Source of the DNA: Macrostomum lignano | Lineage: Eukaryota | NCBI GenBank assembly: GCA_002269645.1 | Contig: NIVC01002267.1 | Location: 1 to 64,000, forward strand | DNA: 64,000 nucleotides | Direction of reading: 5' to 3' | In this document: piece by piece, positions 1-12,388 of the stretch | How positions within the stretch are numbered: position 1 is the stretch's first letter | Layout of the letters: every line of letters begins with the position of its first letter | Made by a program: the position numbers and the translations under genes | The notes under the pieces: model-generated | Database searches by the model: none | Told to the model about the DNA's origin: nothing | Seen by the model: the letters and a program-made list of their open reading frames with translations, nothing else

Positions 1-910
1 GCCAGCGCCGTGGAAACCATGGAAACAACAGCAGCCGCAACCGCTAGTTCCAACCCGGGCAGGAACAGACCAGCAGCGCCGGTGGAGCTGGTGCCGCTGC
101 GAGTGGGCGCTTCAGAATAGTCATTCTATCATTAAGCATGGATGAGGCGATCAATATAATTTAGTCAAGTTGACGATTTCTGTGTAAAATATGTCCGTAA
201 CAATGCATCAGTGAAACCTATTTCTTGCTTAGTATGACACCCGGAAACTTCACCTCTTTCTCAGTAATTAAACTAATTCAATTTTCTGCTTGACGTAAAT
301 CATTCATGAGATGGTCAACAGAAGCCCAAGGCCCCCCTACACGAGACCTCGAAAATTTTGCTGCTTTCGCTGGAGGCTGCATGGTTTTCGCTCGAATCTC
401 ACATTCTTATATCTTTCTAATTTAACATTAGTCTTATACTCAAGTGTCTCTAATCTCACATTAAACTTATATTCAAATATTTTGTTGTACTCTACGCTTG
501 AACACCTGCACTGCACGCACAATATTGAAGAAAATACAACGCGCGCACAACAACCCTGTACTTCTACGAAAATATTTTGAATGTGTTTTTGTTTAGACAA
601 GCTGCAGTTAGCAATTATTGAATTTGCTCTTTAATCTTTTATATCAGCTCTATACATGTAACTGCAGAGTTCAAAAATTTCCGATCCGATCTGAGTACAC
701 CTGTATAGGCCGCGCACTCTTGGGTGTAAATGCATGTTTGGAATTCTGACAGACACTGAATAGTACTGAGATGTTAGCTGCCTTGTCGTTCATTGACAAT
801 CCCTTTCACGATACAACGAAGCGACTACAACGACAGAGAGCTAGCAGAGCGAAACGGAGTGCAGTCCTGAGCAGGCAAACTATGTTTTTTTTTCTAATTT
901 TTTCTAATTA

Positions 911-949
911 GTCTGTCTGTCTATCTGTCTGTCTGTCTGTCTGTCTGTC

Positions 950-1030
<81 letters not shown>

Positions 1031-1049
1031 GTCTGTCTCTGTCTGTCTT

Positions 1050-1136
<87 letters not shown>

Positions 1137-1155
1137 GTCTGTCTCTGTCTGTCTT

Positions 1156-1234
<79 letters not shown>

Positions 1235-1257
1235 CTGTCTGTCTGTCTGTCTGTCTT

Positions 1258-1328
<71 letters not shown>
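911..1328. repeat. (TCTG)n microsatellite
   Basis: Nearly pure GTCT tetramer array with occasional ATCT/TTCT variants; it explains ORFs 985..1392 and 1131..1448. Confidence 0.97.
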
Positions 1329-1967
1329 CAAAAACTGCACGGGTTTATCAGGGGAGGAGAGGCGCAGGAAAGTCAGCTCTAGGATTAAATAATGCGGAGG
1401 CAGATCATTTTCATTTCTATTAATCTGTTGCAACATGTAACGCGTCATTCGTTGAATATCTCATTAGCTAAGATAAGAGGACAAATCTTTATTACCGAAG
1501 AGAAGGCTTAATGTAATTCCGTACTAATAGGAGCTAGGCAACACCTGAAGCTCAAGTTCTTCAGCAAGCTTTGCTCGGGAAGCATGAATGTCAGATTTAA
1601 CATAGTACTTAGTGCCGGTGAAGCGATGTTCATTAGACATGATCGGACAGAGCACCAGCTGCTTAACGAAGAAAAACAGTGTTGTTCTAAAAGACATGAA
1701 TTCTTCAAGTCAGCAGCAAGAATGTCATCATGTCCCGGATGTTAGCAGGAGATCCTCGGTAGGGAAGCGATAGATTTGTAATTTTTGTTAGCTACTCGCA
1801 TGCTGGATCCGACTGGCAGTGAAAAAGACTGAAAGCACCTGAAGCAAGTGCTACTGTTGTGACGGTGTGGTTCTCTTAGATCACTAAGCAAACTGACTTC
1901 AGGAGTTGAGCATGTGCACAGATCACGTCGAACAACTCGGCCAGGGTAAGGGGTCGCAGATTGTTAG

Positions 1968-2485
1968 AGGAAGGGGGTTGGAACCGACGGTTGGGGGAAG
2001 GAGGGTTGGTGCAGATTGTTGGGGAAGGGGGGTTGGAGCAGATTGTTGGGGAAGGGGGTGGAACAGATTGTTGGGGAAGAGGGTTGGAGCAGATTGTTGG
2101 GGAAGGGGGTTGGAGCAGATTGTTGGGGAAGGGGGGTGGAACAGATTGTTGGGGAAGGGGGTTGGAGCAGATTGTTGGGGAAGGGGTTGGAGCAGATTGT
2201 TGGGGAAGGGGGGTTGGAGCAGATTGTTGGGGAAGGGGGTTGGAGCAGATTGTTGGGAAGGGGGGTTGGAGCAGATTGTTGGGGAAGGGGGTTGGAGCAG
2301 ATTGTTGGGGAAGGGGGTTGGAGCAGATTGTTGGGGAAGGGAGTTGGAGCAGATTGTTGGGGAAGGGGTTGGAGCAGATTGTTGGGGAAGGGGGGTTGGA
2401 ACAGACGGTTGGGGAAAGGGGGTTGGCGCAGATTGTTGGGGGAAGGGGGTTGGCGCAGATTGTTTGGGGAATGGGGGGGGGGTTG
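1968..2485. repeat. G-rich minisatellite, ~26-28 bp unit (GGAGCAGATTGTTGGGGAAGGGGGTT)
   Basis: About 19 visible tandem copies; ORFs in several frames repeat GADCWGR/LEQIVGE. Confidence 0.95.
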
Positions 2486-3329
2486 GCGCATTGTTTGGAA
2501 TACGACTCCGGAGCGGATAAAGTACATGGCTTGTCAGACTGCCATCGATTTAGGCTATACGGGTTAGGGCTCTGTTTTAGGTTAGGCTTATAGTTTTTTA
2601 GCCTAGGTTTATCGTCTAGGTTAGTTTATTAGGTTCGAGTATATGGTTGGCTTGAACTTTAAAGAAATCTTATCGATGCTCACAAGCCAAGAATTTCATC
2701 GGAATGTATTATAAAATGAATGAGTGAGATATAATAAGAGTAATAGATTTGGTCATGACCCCAAACACGGATGAAATCTGATACGCTGTAAAAAATTACA
2801 TGTTAGGATAGCGACTGACAGAGCCTGCAGCAGAAATATTATCAAGCAATTCACAAGACCCAATGCAGTTATTTCGGCAATATGCAATATGCATAAGCGT
2901 GGAGCTTAAATCCATTTTTATAGAGCATTAAACCGATTTCAATTAGATTCCCATTTAGACTATTGATTGACGATTGCTTGATGCATTTCATCACTTTACC
3001 AATTCCACTTTATCCACATACTAATTATAATCAATTCTAAATTTTCATAATAGGCAAGCACATAAAATAAAGGTTTTCCCTGAAATGACTGACTAAACTC
3101 CATCGGAACCTTGACGGGTCGGGAGAGCGAACGCGTGTGAAATATTAAAAATACTGCTCAAAATTGATTTTTCACCTACATTTATGCACTTGGAAACGAA
3201 ACGTGTACATACGCGCGGCAGTCAAAAGGGCTGAGCCAGGAAAACATACATAGTAAAGTATGCGCATACAATAGAAGGCGCACGGCTATGGGCGCTTCAC
3301 CAATCTACTCCCTTTAGAGGCATTTACAT

Positions 3330-3800
3330 GTATATCGAAGAGGCCGCGAAGAACCGCCTTCTGCATGCGAGATGCTGGGGTGTTCTTCAAAAAGGAGCGG
3401 GCCTTTAAGAAGCGTCTGCCAACTGCTTATCCCGCACTCCCACCTCTGCCTCAAGCAAGACTCTCGAGGAGTTTGGCAGGCTTAACATCCTCATGGACTC
3501 GATCCCAATCACCATTCTCCTGAGCCAGAGATACAAGGATCATCGTTCAGCCTCGACACGAGGCGAGTGACAGCTGGAGCGACTCCGAAGTCCGCTGTTA
3601 CACTGACAGCTCAAACGAGGCATGGTCTAGCCGATCTCAGGCTTCGGAACTTGCGCGTCCTCATCGAGGGAAAAGTGGTGTGGAGCTACTCCCAGCACGC
3701 TGCATGGACTCAATTCCAGTGTTTTTCAGAGCGAGGTGCTTGCCTAACTAAGCGATGGAAGTCTTCGGACGCCAGGGGCCTTCCCGCTGCATCCGCCGGT
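3330..3800 (+). mobile_element. Degenerate retroelement fragment with RNase H-like motifs
   Basis: GC-rich island encoding CYTDSS (3596-3613) and, ~41 codons later in another frame, SSVFQSEVLA (VFQSEVLA at 3721-3744). These resemble the YTDGS and TVFQAEV.A motifs of non-LTR retrotransposon RNase H. Stops and a frameshift are present. Confidence 0.35.
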
Positions 3801-4559
3801 CGATGTCCCCCGTGGCCAAGTCATGTAAGCGAAGTGCTTTATTTGCCACAACCTAAACTGCACGGTGTTTTCTATCGCTGAATGAGAGTGAGAAAGAGAC
3901 GGCCTTTTGCATTAACTGTGATTTCAATTAGATTCTCTTTTCACGATTGTTTCACGCAGGCAAAAAATTTCCACTTTATCTTCTAATATACTATTGAAAA
4001 TCATTTCTACTGTCGTAAATTTCTATTAGGCAAGCATAAAAATAAACGATATTTATAAGCAACGCGTGTTAAATTAAAAAAAACAGCAGCTAAATATTGA
4101 TTTTTTCAACTACATTCATGGACTCGCAGTTGTCGCAGCATTTTTTTCAGTTTTTATAGCACTAAAATCACAATATCATTCAGTATTATTATTATTAAAC
4201 AGACGCTGGCGCAGGGGTCAGCGAAGCACCCGCTGGTGGAAAACAGCTGAAACTGAGTATCTGTGCGCCCTGGTCACTGACCCGGATGCCATTGTCAACA
4301 ACCGCAAGCAACTGGCGTGGCGGGCCTCCCATCTTCAACTGCCGGCCCGCCACTGACAGTTTTTTGTCTGACTAAAATTCTCCATCATCAAATTAATAAA
4401 TTAGCCCAATTTTTCAAGACAGACAACTTTAAAAAAAAGTTTTTCATCCACTTTGTTAGTCTAATGATGGAACTACAGAAACCAGAGCTTCAGCACAATA
4501 GAATGAACTACCAACTACCGACTACCAAGTCTCCAAGTCTTTTACCAACAGTAGAATCC

Positions 4560-4803
4560 TCCCCCCTGACAATTTTTTTTGCTGCGCCGGAACGGAGCAA
4601 AGCAGGCACACGAAATTCAAAAACACGGGCTAAATTTTTGTTGCGCACCTTCTCAAACAAGAATCAAGTCGCCAGCCCTCCGGACCGTCGAGATATTCGA
4701 CGATTCTGCCAGAAGGTCGGATTTTTCCCATAAGCGCCAGTGTATTCAGTACACCCCTGTGCGCCAATCAGCACTGCGCCTCAGTGCAGCCTTGCCAAGC
4801 CTC
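4560..4803 (+). repeat. Dispersed repeat, copy 1 (~240 bp)
   Basis: Near-identical to 29301-29540, e.g. GCGCACCTTCTCAAACAAGAATCAAGTCGCCAGCCCTCCGGACCGTCGAGATATTCGACG. Confidence 0.85.
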
Positions 4804-5424
4804 CAAATTTCACCAGCACGTCGACCACACGTGTCTGCATCAGTTCTGACTTCGTTGGTCACTAGCCTGTTGAAGGTCCAGAAGCTCCGCCTGGGTGAAG
4901 GAATTCCCCTCCCCCCTCTTGGTAGTTCGACGGGCGGAAAATAGCTTGGTATTCCTACTGTTAATTATTGTCAAAAGCTTATAATTGTTGAAAATTGTCG
5001 ACTCTTTCATCATACTAACCCGAAATTCTGAGAATAAATAAAATCAGTCAAGTTCAATTAAAAGAATTAACTACGAGCCTAATTTATTACAATCAATAAT
5101 CACAATTGAATTTTTATGAACTAACGCTATATTGTCTGTATGATTAAATTAATGTCAATGATAATCGAAATCATAAAAAAAAACAATACTAAAGAGTACA
5201 AAATTTACAATTGACCAATCAATCGGTTCGATTTTGTTTTAACACCGGACGAGGGCAAATCGAATACTCTGGGCCGAAGGCAGAAAGCCGCTGAATTTGT
5301 TTCAAAACGTGTAATACGAGTAATAGAAAGGAAGTTTTCAATTTCGCTAGCCACTAAATTCACTATTCATCCGCATTCTGGTCATGGAAAAATTTAGTCC
5401 AGAATTTCTGGGGCACTGTCACAA

Positions 5425-5640
5425 CTGAAAGGTCGGCGGTTCGATTCTCGACCTACTCGGAACAATTTGTGTCCTTGAGCAAGACACTTAAAACTCTGCA
5501 TTGATTCAGTTCACCCAGCTGTGAAATGGGTGGCTGGGGTAATTGAGGCTGTGTGTGGCGACCCCTCAGTCCTTAGACTGAACAGCCGCAAGCAGCCTGC
5601 AGAATGTCGGTTGCACATCTGGCCATTAGGGCAGGTAAAA
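5425..5640 (+). mobile_element. tRNA-derived SINE family A (CORE-like), 5'-truncated copy
   Basis: B-box-like GGTTCGATTC followed by TGTGTCCTTGAGCAAGACACTTA...TTCACCCAGCTGTGAAATGGG; homologous to 31072-31184, 48229-48486 and 58370-58566. Confidence 0.8.
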
Positions 5641-5845
5641 TCAATGATTAGTTATTATAGCTAAAAAAACTAAAAACTTCCTAATCTCGCTGATCTCGGC
5701 CTCAAGCAAAATTACCCATCTAATTTTATAATCATAGCCTCATTCCAAACTTAGCTAATCAAATATTCAGTTAGTTGTGTAAAAAATCAAGCTAATTTCT
5801 GCGCCAGTAGAAAGTAAGAAAGTAGAAATTTGTTTTTATCGATAA

Positions 5846-8745
5846 TTATTTAACCGACAAGCTCAGCGCTAACAAAGCGGCGGAGCCGACAAGAAAAACG
5901 GCGAAAGCCAGATGACCAGCGGAGCCCAAGGACCCCGCGGACGATCCGCCAGCGTCGCCCTCGCCGTCATCCTCTTGCCGGTGCCAGCCAATGCTTCGCT
6001 GTACAGCGTCCAGCCATCGCTGGAATTTCCTCAGCCGGTCAACTGGCCCAGTCATGGGGTAGAACTCCGTGACGCTGCTCTGCCTGACTGAGGCCGTCAT
6101 GTCGATGCCGTGGCCCCAGGCTGCGGCAACGGCGGCGCCCAAGGCTGTTGTCTCGGCCATCTCGGGTCGGACAACTGTGACCCGGCCAGGTCCGCTTGCA
6201 GCTGCATCAGCAGCCTGTTGGATGTCATGCCGCCGTCCACCTGAAGAATGGAGTGCATAAATAGCCAGCTAGTGACTCAAACAGAGTACAAGTTTAATCC
6301 CAAGCACTTTTACTGTATCTTAACTAATGCAATCTCTAAACTCAACTATTAATCACTCTAGAAGTCACCCCAGTCACTTTAGCACTCTAATAGTCACTCC
6401 AGCACTATAATAGTCACTCCAGTACTCTAATAGTCACTCCAGCACTCTAATAGTCACTCCAGCACTCTAATAGTCACTCCAGTACTCTAATAGTCACTCC
6501 AGTACTCTAATAGTCACTCCAGTACTCTAAGAGTCACTCCAGCACTCTAATAGTCACTCCAGTACTCTAAAAGTCACTCCAACACTCTAATAGTCACTCC
6601 AGTACTATAATAGTCACTCCAGCACTATAATAGTCACTCCAGTACTCTAATAGTCACTCCAGTACTCTAAAAGTCACTCCAGTACTCTAATAGTCACTCC
6701 AGTACTCTAAAAGTCACTCCAGTACTCTAATAGTCACTCCAGTACTCTAAAAGTCACTCCAGTACTCTAATAGTCACTCCAGTACTCTAAAAGTCACTCC
6801 AGTACTCTAATAGTCACTCCAGTACTCTAATAGTCACTCCAGTACTCTAAGAGTCACTCCAGTACTCTAATAGTCACTCCAGTACTCTAAAAGTCACTCC
6901 AATACTCTAATAGTCACTCCAGTACTCTAATAGTCACTTCAGTACTCTAAAGGTCACTCCAGTACTCTAATAGTCACTCCAGTACTCTAAGAGTCACTCC
7001 AGCACTCTAATAGTCACTCCAGTACTCTAAAAGTCACTCCAGTACTCTAAGAGTCACTCCAGCACTCTAATAGTCACTCCAGCACTGATTTAGCAGCCTA
7101 ACACTGAGCTGCAACCCCCCAGTGAGCAACAATCCCCACGCAAACCTTAATCCTATTAAGCGTAGTGCCACACTCGGTCTCCATGCAGTCCAACAGCTCC
7201 CTGCTCTGGTAGCACACAGCTTCAAGAGCGGCGCGGCACAGATGCTCCCGGCTTGTAGCGCCAGTCAGACCGACAATCAGGCCGCGAGCGTCGCTGCGCC
7301 AATACGGACAATACAAGCCATTGAAAGCCGGCACAAAATAGCAGCCGGCAGTGTCTGGCACTTTGCCAGCCAGAGTTTCAGTCTCCGCTACGCTGCCAAC
7401 AATGCCCAGACTGTCTCGCAGCCATCGGATTGCCGTACCAGCCACTGCTACGCTACCCTCCAAAGCGTACACAGGAGCGGCAGACCTGCCCAGCTGATAG
7501 GCTACTGTGGTTAGCAATCCAGAGCTGGACACCACCGGACTCAAGCCGGTATTGCACAGCATGAAACAGCCGCTGCCGTAGGTATTTTTTGTGTCGCCAG
7601 ATTCTAAACAGCCTTGGCCAACTAAAGCGGCCTGTTGATCGCCCAGAATGCCGGTGATTGGGACGCCTGCTAACGGACAGTCGGCCACACTAATACGGCC
7701 GAACAGTTCCGCGCTGGAACACACTTTTGGAAGCATTTTCTGATCTAGACCGAAGAAACGACAAAGCCTAGGATCCCATTGGCAGGTTGCCAAGTCGAGT
7801 AGCATTGTGCGAGAGGCGTTTGTTACGTCGGTAGCGTATTCGCCTACGGTTGGTGCAAGGTAAAATCAATTATCTGACTTATCGAATTCTGCAGTCTAGA
7901 TGCCCACCGATATGTACCGAACTCTGCAGTCTAGATGCCCACCGATATGTATCGAACTCTGCAGTCTAGATGCCCACTGATATGTATCGAACCTATGCAA
8001 TCTAGATGACCACCGATATGTATCGAACTCTGCAGTCTAGATGCCCACCGATATGTATCGAGCCTATGCAGCCTAGATGCCCACCGATATGTATCGAGCC
8101 TATGCAGCCTAGATGCCCACCGATATGTATCGAAAAGGCATCCTCGCCATACTCACCAGTAAGCTTATACAACAGCCAGGTGTCCACTGTACCCATCATA
8201 AGATTGCCGCTTGACTGCAGCTCCCTAGCCGCAGGCACATTATCCAGCAACCATCGAATTTTCACCCCAGTAAAATATGTTGTGATTGGCAGGCCGCAGA
8301 TGCTACGAAATTCGGCCGCACTTCGCGATCTAGTAGTGGCTATCAATCGCTCAACAGTCTGTTCGGTTCTGGCGTCCAACCACAGGATTGCCGGGTGCAC
8401 CGGTTCACCGGTTCGCCGGTCCCAGGCAACCAGGGTCTCCCGTTGATTAGCAATGCCAATGCACCCGATCCTATTAGCTGCTATGCCAAGCGCTGCCAAG
8501 TTCGATACAGCAGACGAGATGCAGGAAAGTACACTCTGTACTAACTGATCAGGGTTCGCTTCTGCCCAACCATTTCTAGGATAGATTATGTCCACCTCCT
8601 CCTGGTGATAGGTGATCAGGGCTCCGGTTGAAGAGGAGAAGACCAAGAACCGAGAACTGCCCGTGCCCTGATCAATTGAACCGATCAGCACGGAGTCCGC
8701 GTCCGCCAGCAATTCGCGGCCATTGTGCCAGCGTTTATTAAGCAT
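5846..8745 (-). CDS. GK: Glycerol kinase (FGGY family); 3 exons 8745-8157, 7843-7146, 6240-5846; 1-nt frameshift near 6181
   Basis: Motifs IGSIDQGTGSSRF, NQRET, WLDART, TDVTNASRTML, GDQQA, KNTYGSGCF, YALEGS, VPAFNGLYCPYW, VDGGM and ETTALGAA. Both introns are GT-AG with consistent phases. In exon 3 the frame breaks after QADLAG (GGG where GGGG is needed). Confidence 0.93.
6385..7085. repeat. 20-bp minisatellite (AGTACTCTAATAGTCACTCC) filling GK intron 2
   Basis: About 35 tandem copies read directly. Confidence 0.97.
7889..8132. repeat. 35-bp minisatellite in GK intron 1
   Basis: Unit GCAGTCTAGATGCCCACCGATATGTATCGAACTCT, about 7 copies. Confidence 0.93.
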
Positions 8746-8751
8746 ACTTAC

Positions 8752-10220
8752 TGAGCGTAAACTGGGGTGAAATGCACTCCACTGGGGTGAAAAACTGGGC
8801 CAGTTACTAAGCGTAAACTGGGTCTGTTACTAAACATAAACTGGGTCTGTAATTAATCGTAAACTGGATCTGTTACTAAGCATAAACTAGGTCTGTAACT
8901 AATCATAAACTGGGTCTGTTACTAAACATAAACTGGGTCTGTTACTAAACATAAACAGGGTCTGTTACTAAACATAAACTGGGTCTGTTACTAAACATAA
9001 ACTGGGTCTGTTTACTAAGCATAAACTGGGTCTGTAATTAATCGTAAACTGGATCTGTTACTAAGCATAAACTGGGTCTGTAACTAATCATAAACTGGGT
9101 CTGTTACTAAACATAAACTGGGTCTGTTACTAAACATAAACTGGGTCTGTTACTAAACATAAACTGGGTCTGTTACTAAACATAAACTGGGTCTGTTTAC
9201 TAAGCATAAACTGGGTCTGTAATTAATCGTAAACTGGATCTGTTACTAAGCATAAACTGGGTCTGTAACTAATCATAAACTGGGTCTGTTACTAAGCATA
9301 AACCCGGTCTGTTTACTAAGCATAAACTGGGCCTGTTTACTAAACATAAACTGGGTCTGCTTACTAAGCATAAACTGGGTCTGTTTACTAAACATAAACT
9401 GGGTCTGCTTACTAAGCATAAACTGGGTCTGTTTACTAAACATAAACTGGGTCTGTTACTAAGCATAAACTGGGTCTGTTACTAAACAAACTGGGTCTGT
9501 TTACTAAGCATAAACTGGGCCTGTTTACTAAACATAAACTGGGCCTGTTACTAAGCACAAACTGGGTCTGTTTACTAAGCACAAACTGGGTCTGTTACTA
9601 AGCATAAACTGGGTCTGTAACTAAGCACAAACTGGGTCTGTAATTAATCGTAAACTGGATCTGTTACTAAGCATAAACTGGGTCTGTAACTAATCATAAA
9701 CTGGGTCTGTTACTAAGCATAAACCCGGTCTGTTTACTAAGCATAAACTGGGCCTGTTTACTAAACATAAACTGGGTCTGCTTACTAAGCATAAACTGGG
9801 TCTGTTTACTAAACATAAACTGGGTCTGCTTACTAAGCATAAACTGGGTCTGTTTACTAAACATAAACTGGGTCTGTTACTAAGCATAAACTGGGTCTGT
9901 TACTAAACAAACTGGGTCTGTTTACTAAGCATAAACTGGGCCTGTTTACTAAACATAAACTGGGCCTGTTACTAAGCACAAACTGGGTCTGTTTACTAAG
10001 CACAAACTGGGTCTGTTACTAAGCATAAACTGGGTCTGTAACTAAGCACAAACTGGGTCTGTTTACTAAGCATAGACTGGGCCTGTTTACTAAGCATAAA
10101 CTGGGTCTGTAACTAAGCACAAACTGGGTCTGTTTACTAAGCATAGACTGGGCCTGTTTACTAAGCATAAACTCGGTCGGTTTACTAAGCATAGACTGGG
10201 TCTGTTACTAGCATAAACTG
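8752..10220. repeat. 23-25 bp minisatellite (ACTAAGCATAAACTGGGTCTGTT) directly upstream of the GK ATG
   Basis: About 60 copies; includes a 421-bp higher-order duplication (identical ORFs 9269..9466 and 9690..9887). Confidence 0.96.
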
Positions 10221-11863
10221 AAAGTTCCATGCTATGCTAAATAGATAAATCTACTAGGTGTAATATGAAAATAAGCAAAAAAAATGTAAGGTTCTGTTGC
10301 AAGTGCGTAAAATTTTCAACTGTTCGCCTTTACACAAAATTCCAATAGCTAAATATGTAATAAACTTTTGCAAGTACATTTGCGAGTTTAAATGAATTTC
10401 TATTGGTCAGCCAGAACCCTACTGGCGTTGGTTCTAGCAATAAAAAGTTAAAAAGTTGTCTATGGCCAAAGCGCCTCCACTGGAAGAAGCAATATATAGT
10501 CTGTTCCAACTTAACCAACTAGTAGTAGTTGTCTTGAACTGAAGCCGGAATTTCCGACTAGAGTGAAATTTTTCAAGTTACATGCTTACATGTATAACCA
10601 AGGACTACTAAACTAGGACAGGAAAGTACTTTTCTTAGAAGAAAATGTTTATGAAGCTGGTTTCGCCGCAAAATACGCTATGGAGATAAACAAGTTTTCA
10701 TTTTCAGCACAAAAATTGTTATTGCTTTCATATTTCTAATAGCCGTTCTTATAGCTCTATTGATATTCATAAGCTTTTCGTTCAGAAAATTAGGGCTCCG
10801 TGTCAATTTTGTCATTCTCAGCTGACAATATGTGTAACAGAGATGATAAAATAGATTCATAAAACCAAAGAGTCGAGCTGTGCCATGCATTTCTGTTTTT
10901 TAGGTACATGAAATGTACGTAGAATAAAAAATTGACACAGAATTTTAACCTCATAAACAAACAGCTTTATGAATATCTATAGAGCTATAAGAAAGGCACA
11001 ACATATCAAAAGATGAACATTAGGTCTGCCTCTTATCGAAGGCAGTAACAATTTTTGTGCTGAAAAAATAAAAGTCCCTATCTCACTGTTGCGCATACTG
11101 GGTGCAACATTTCTTCTTCCACAGGTAAATAGATTTGTAATTAGACCTTTCGCTCTAGGCTCATACTGACAGACAGCATATGTAAACTTTCTGTCATTTT
11201 GAACACTAGGCACAGTTCCTCAATATTTCCGACTATTTTCAAGCGCATTTTCAACAGATAAAATCTATACAGATCAAAGCGCCAAGCTGACGAAAAAGAA
11301 CTAATTAAATTTGTCAGCCTTTGTTGGCACATCCGCCGCTTCTAGTGCTAAAGTACGCGGCAGATTTTGTCTGCATTGCCTCCCACCCTATGCCTAGTAA
11401 GTCTTAATGCTTGTTCCTATGCTCAAACTGGATTGCAGAAAAGCCATAGTAAACCTGTGCAATTTTTGTCACTACAAGCTTCAAACAACTGGCGCGTTAA
11501 ACTGTTTCGATCTGCAGCAAAATTAAATTTAGCCAACAATAGATAATACAACAATGGTTTATAAAAGCAAAGCATACTTCATTGGGTGAGACACAATAAC
11601 AGCGGGTAGAGGTGCAGCAGTTTGACACAGACTAATATTTTGGTATTGATGGTTGCACAGCTTTTCAAAATAATTTTATAGGCTTTTCAGAGTCATTTTG
11701 AAGGCCAATTAACCAGAAGAATCTCTCTCGATCGTCATTCTAGAAATCTAGGGGAAGGGCGATCCTCAAGGCCACCGCCGAGAGAGAGAGAGGCGATTCT
11801 CAAGGCCATCGGGAAGAGGCGATTCTCAAGGCCATCGGGAAGAGGCGATTCTCAAGGCCATTA

Positions 11864-12080
11864 TTTTTTTTTATTAGAGGCAGGGGGGTTGTGTGCACCC
11901 TGGCGCACTTTAAGCGACATAGGCACACAACCGGCGAGAGGCATTACTGCCCATTCCGCCGACTCCCCTGAGCAGGCATACAAGCGCGCGGATACGTACG
12001 CAGGCACACACTCACACAGGAGTGTACTGCGGCCCTAACTTTATTTATCGTTAGGCATGTACACTTCACTGCGCCTTGGG
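11864..12080 (-). mobile_element. tRNA-derived SINE family B, 5'-truncated copy embedded in a GAGGCGATTCTCAAGGCC minisatellite (11755-12215)
   Basis: Reverse complement matches the 3' half of 40964-41335, including the CCCCTGCCTCTAATAAAAA tail. Confidence 0.88.
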
Positions 12081-12388
12081 GAGAGGCGATTCTCAAGGCC
12101 ACTAGGAGAGGCGATTCTCAAGGCCACTAGGAGAGGCGATTCTCAAGGCCACTAGGAGAGGCGATTCTCAAGGCCACTAGGAGAGGCGATTCTCAAGGAC
12201 ACCAGGAGAGGCGAGGCCATTTTCATTATAATCGAGGACTGGACTTATTCCTCCGGCAAGAGATTGATTTATTACCTTTTAATAAAGTTAACTGAATGCA
12301 GTGATTGCAGTACCAAATTACAGTTTGCAAAGATCAAAAGTCAGTTTAATACGCTATAGCTAGCAGGTAAACTCAGGCACAAACATGG

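Noticed and set aside
1-120. Open frame ending ...VPLRVGASE* at the window start
   Set aside because: It could be a terminal exon of an upstream gene, but it is too short and I recognise no family.
1530-1945. Moderately GC-rich stretch with several short open frames and a GTAAG donor before the minisatellite
   Set aside because: No consistent frame or recognisable motif.
4544-4961. Short inverted match AACAGTAG(G)AAT.C as possible MITE termini
   Set aside because: Only ~12 imperfect bases, no TSD, and absent around the second copy of the internal repeat.
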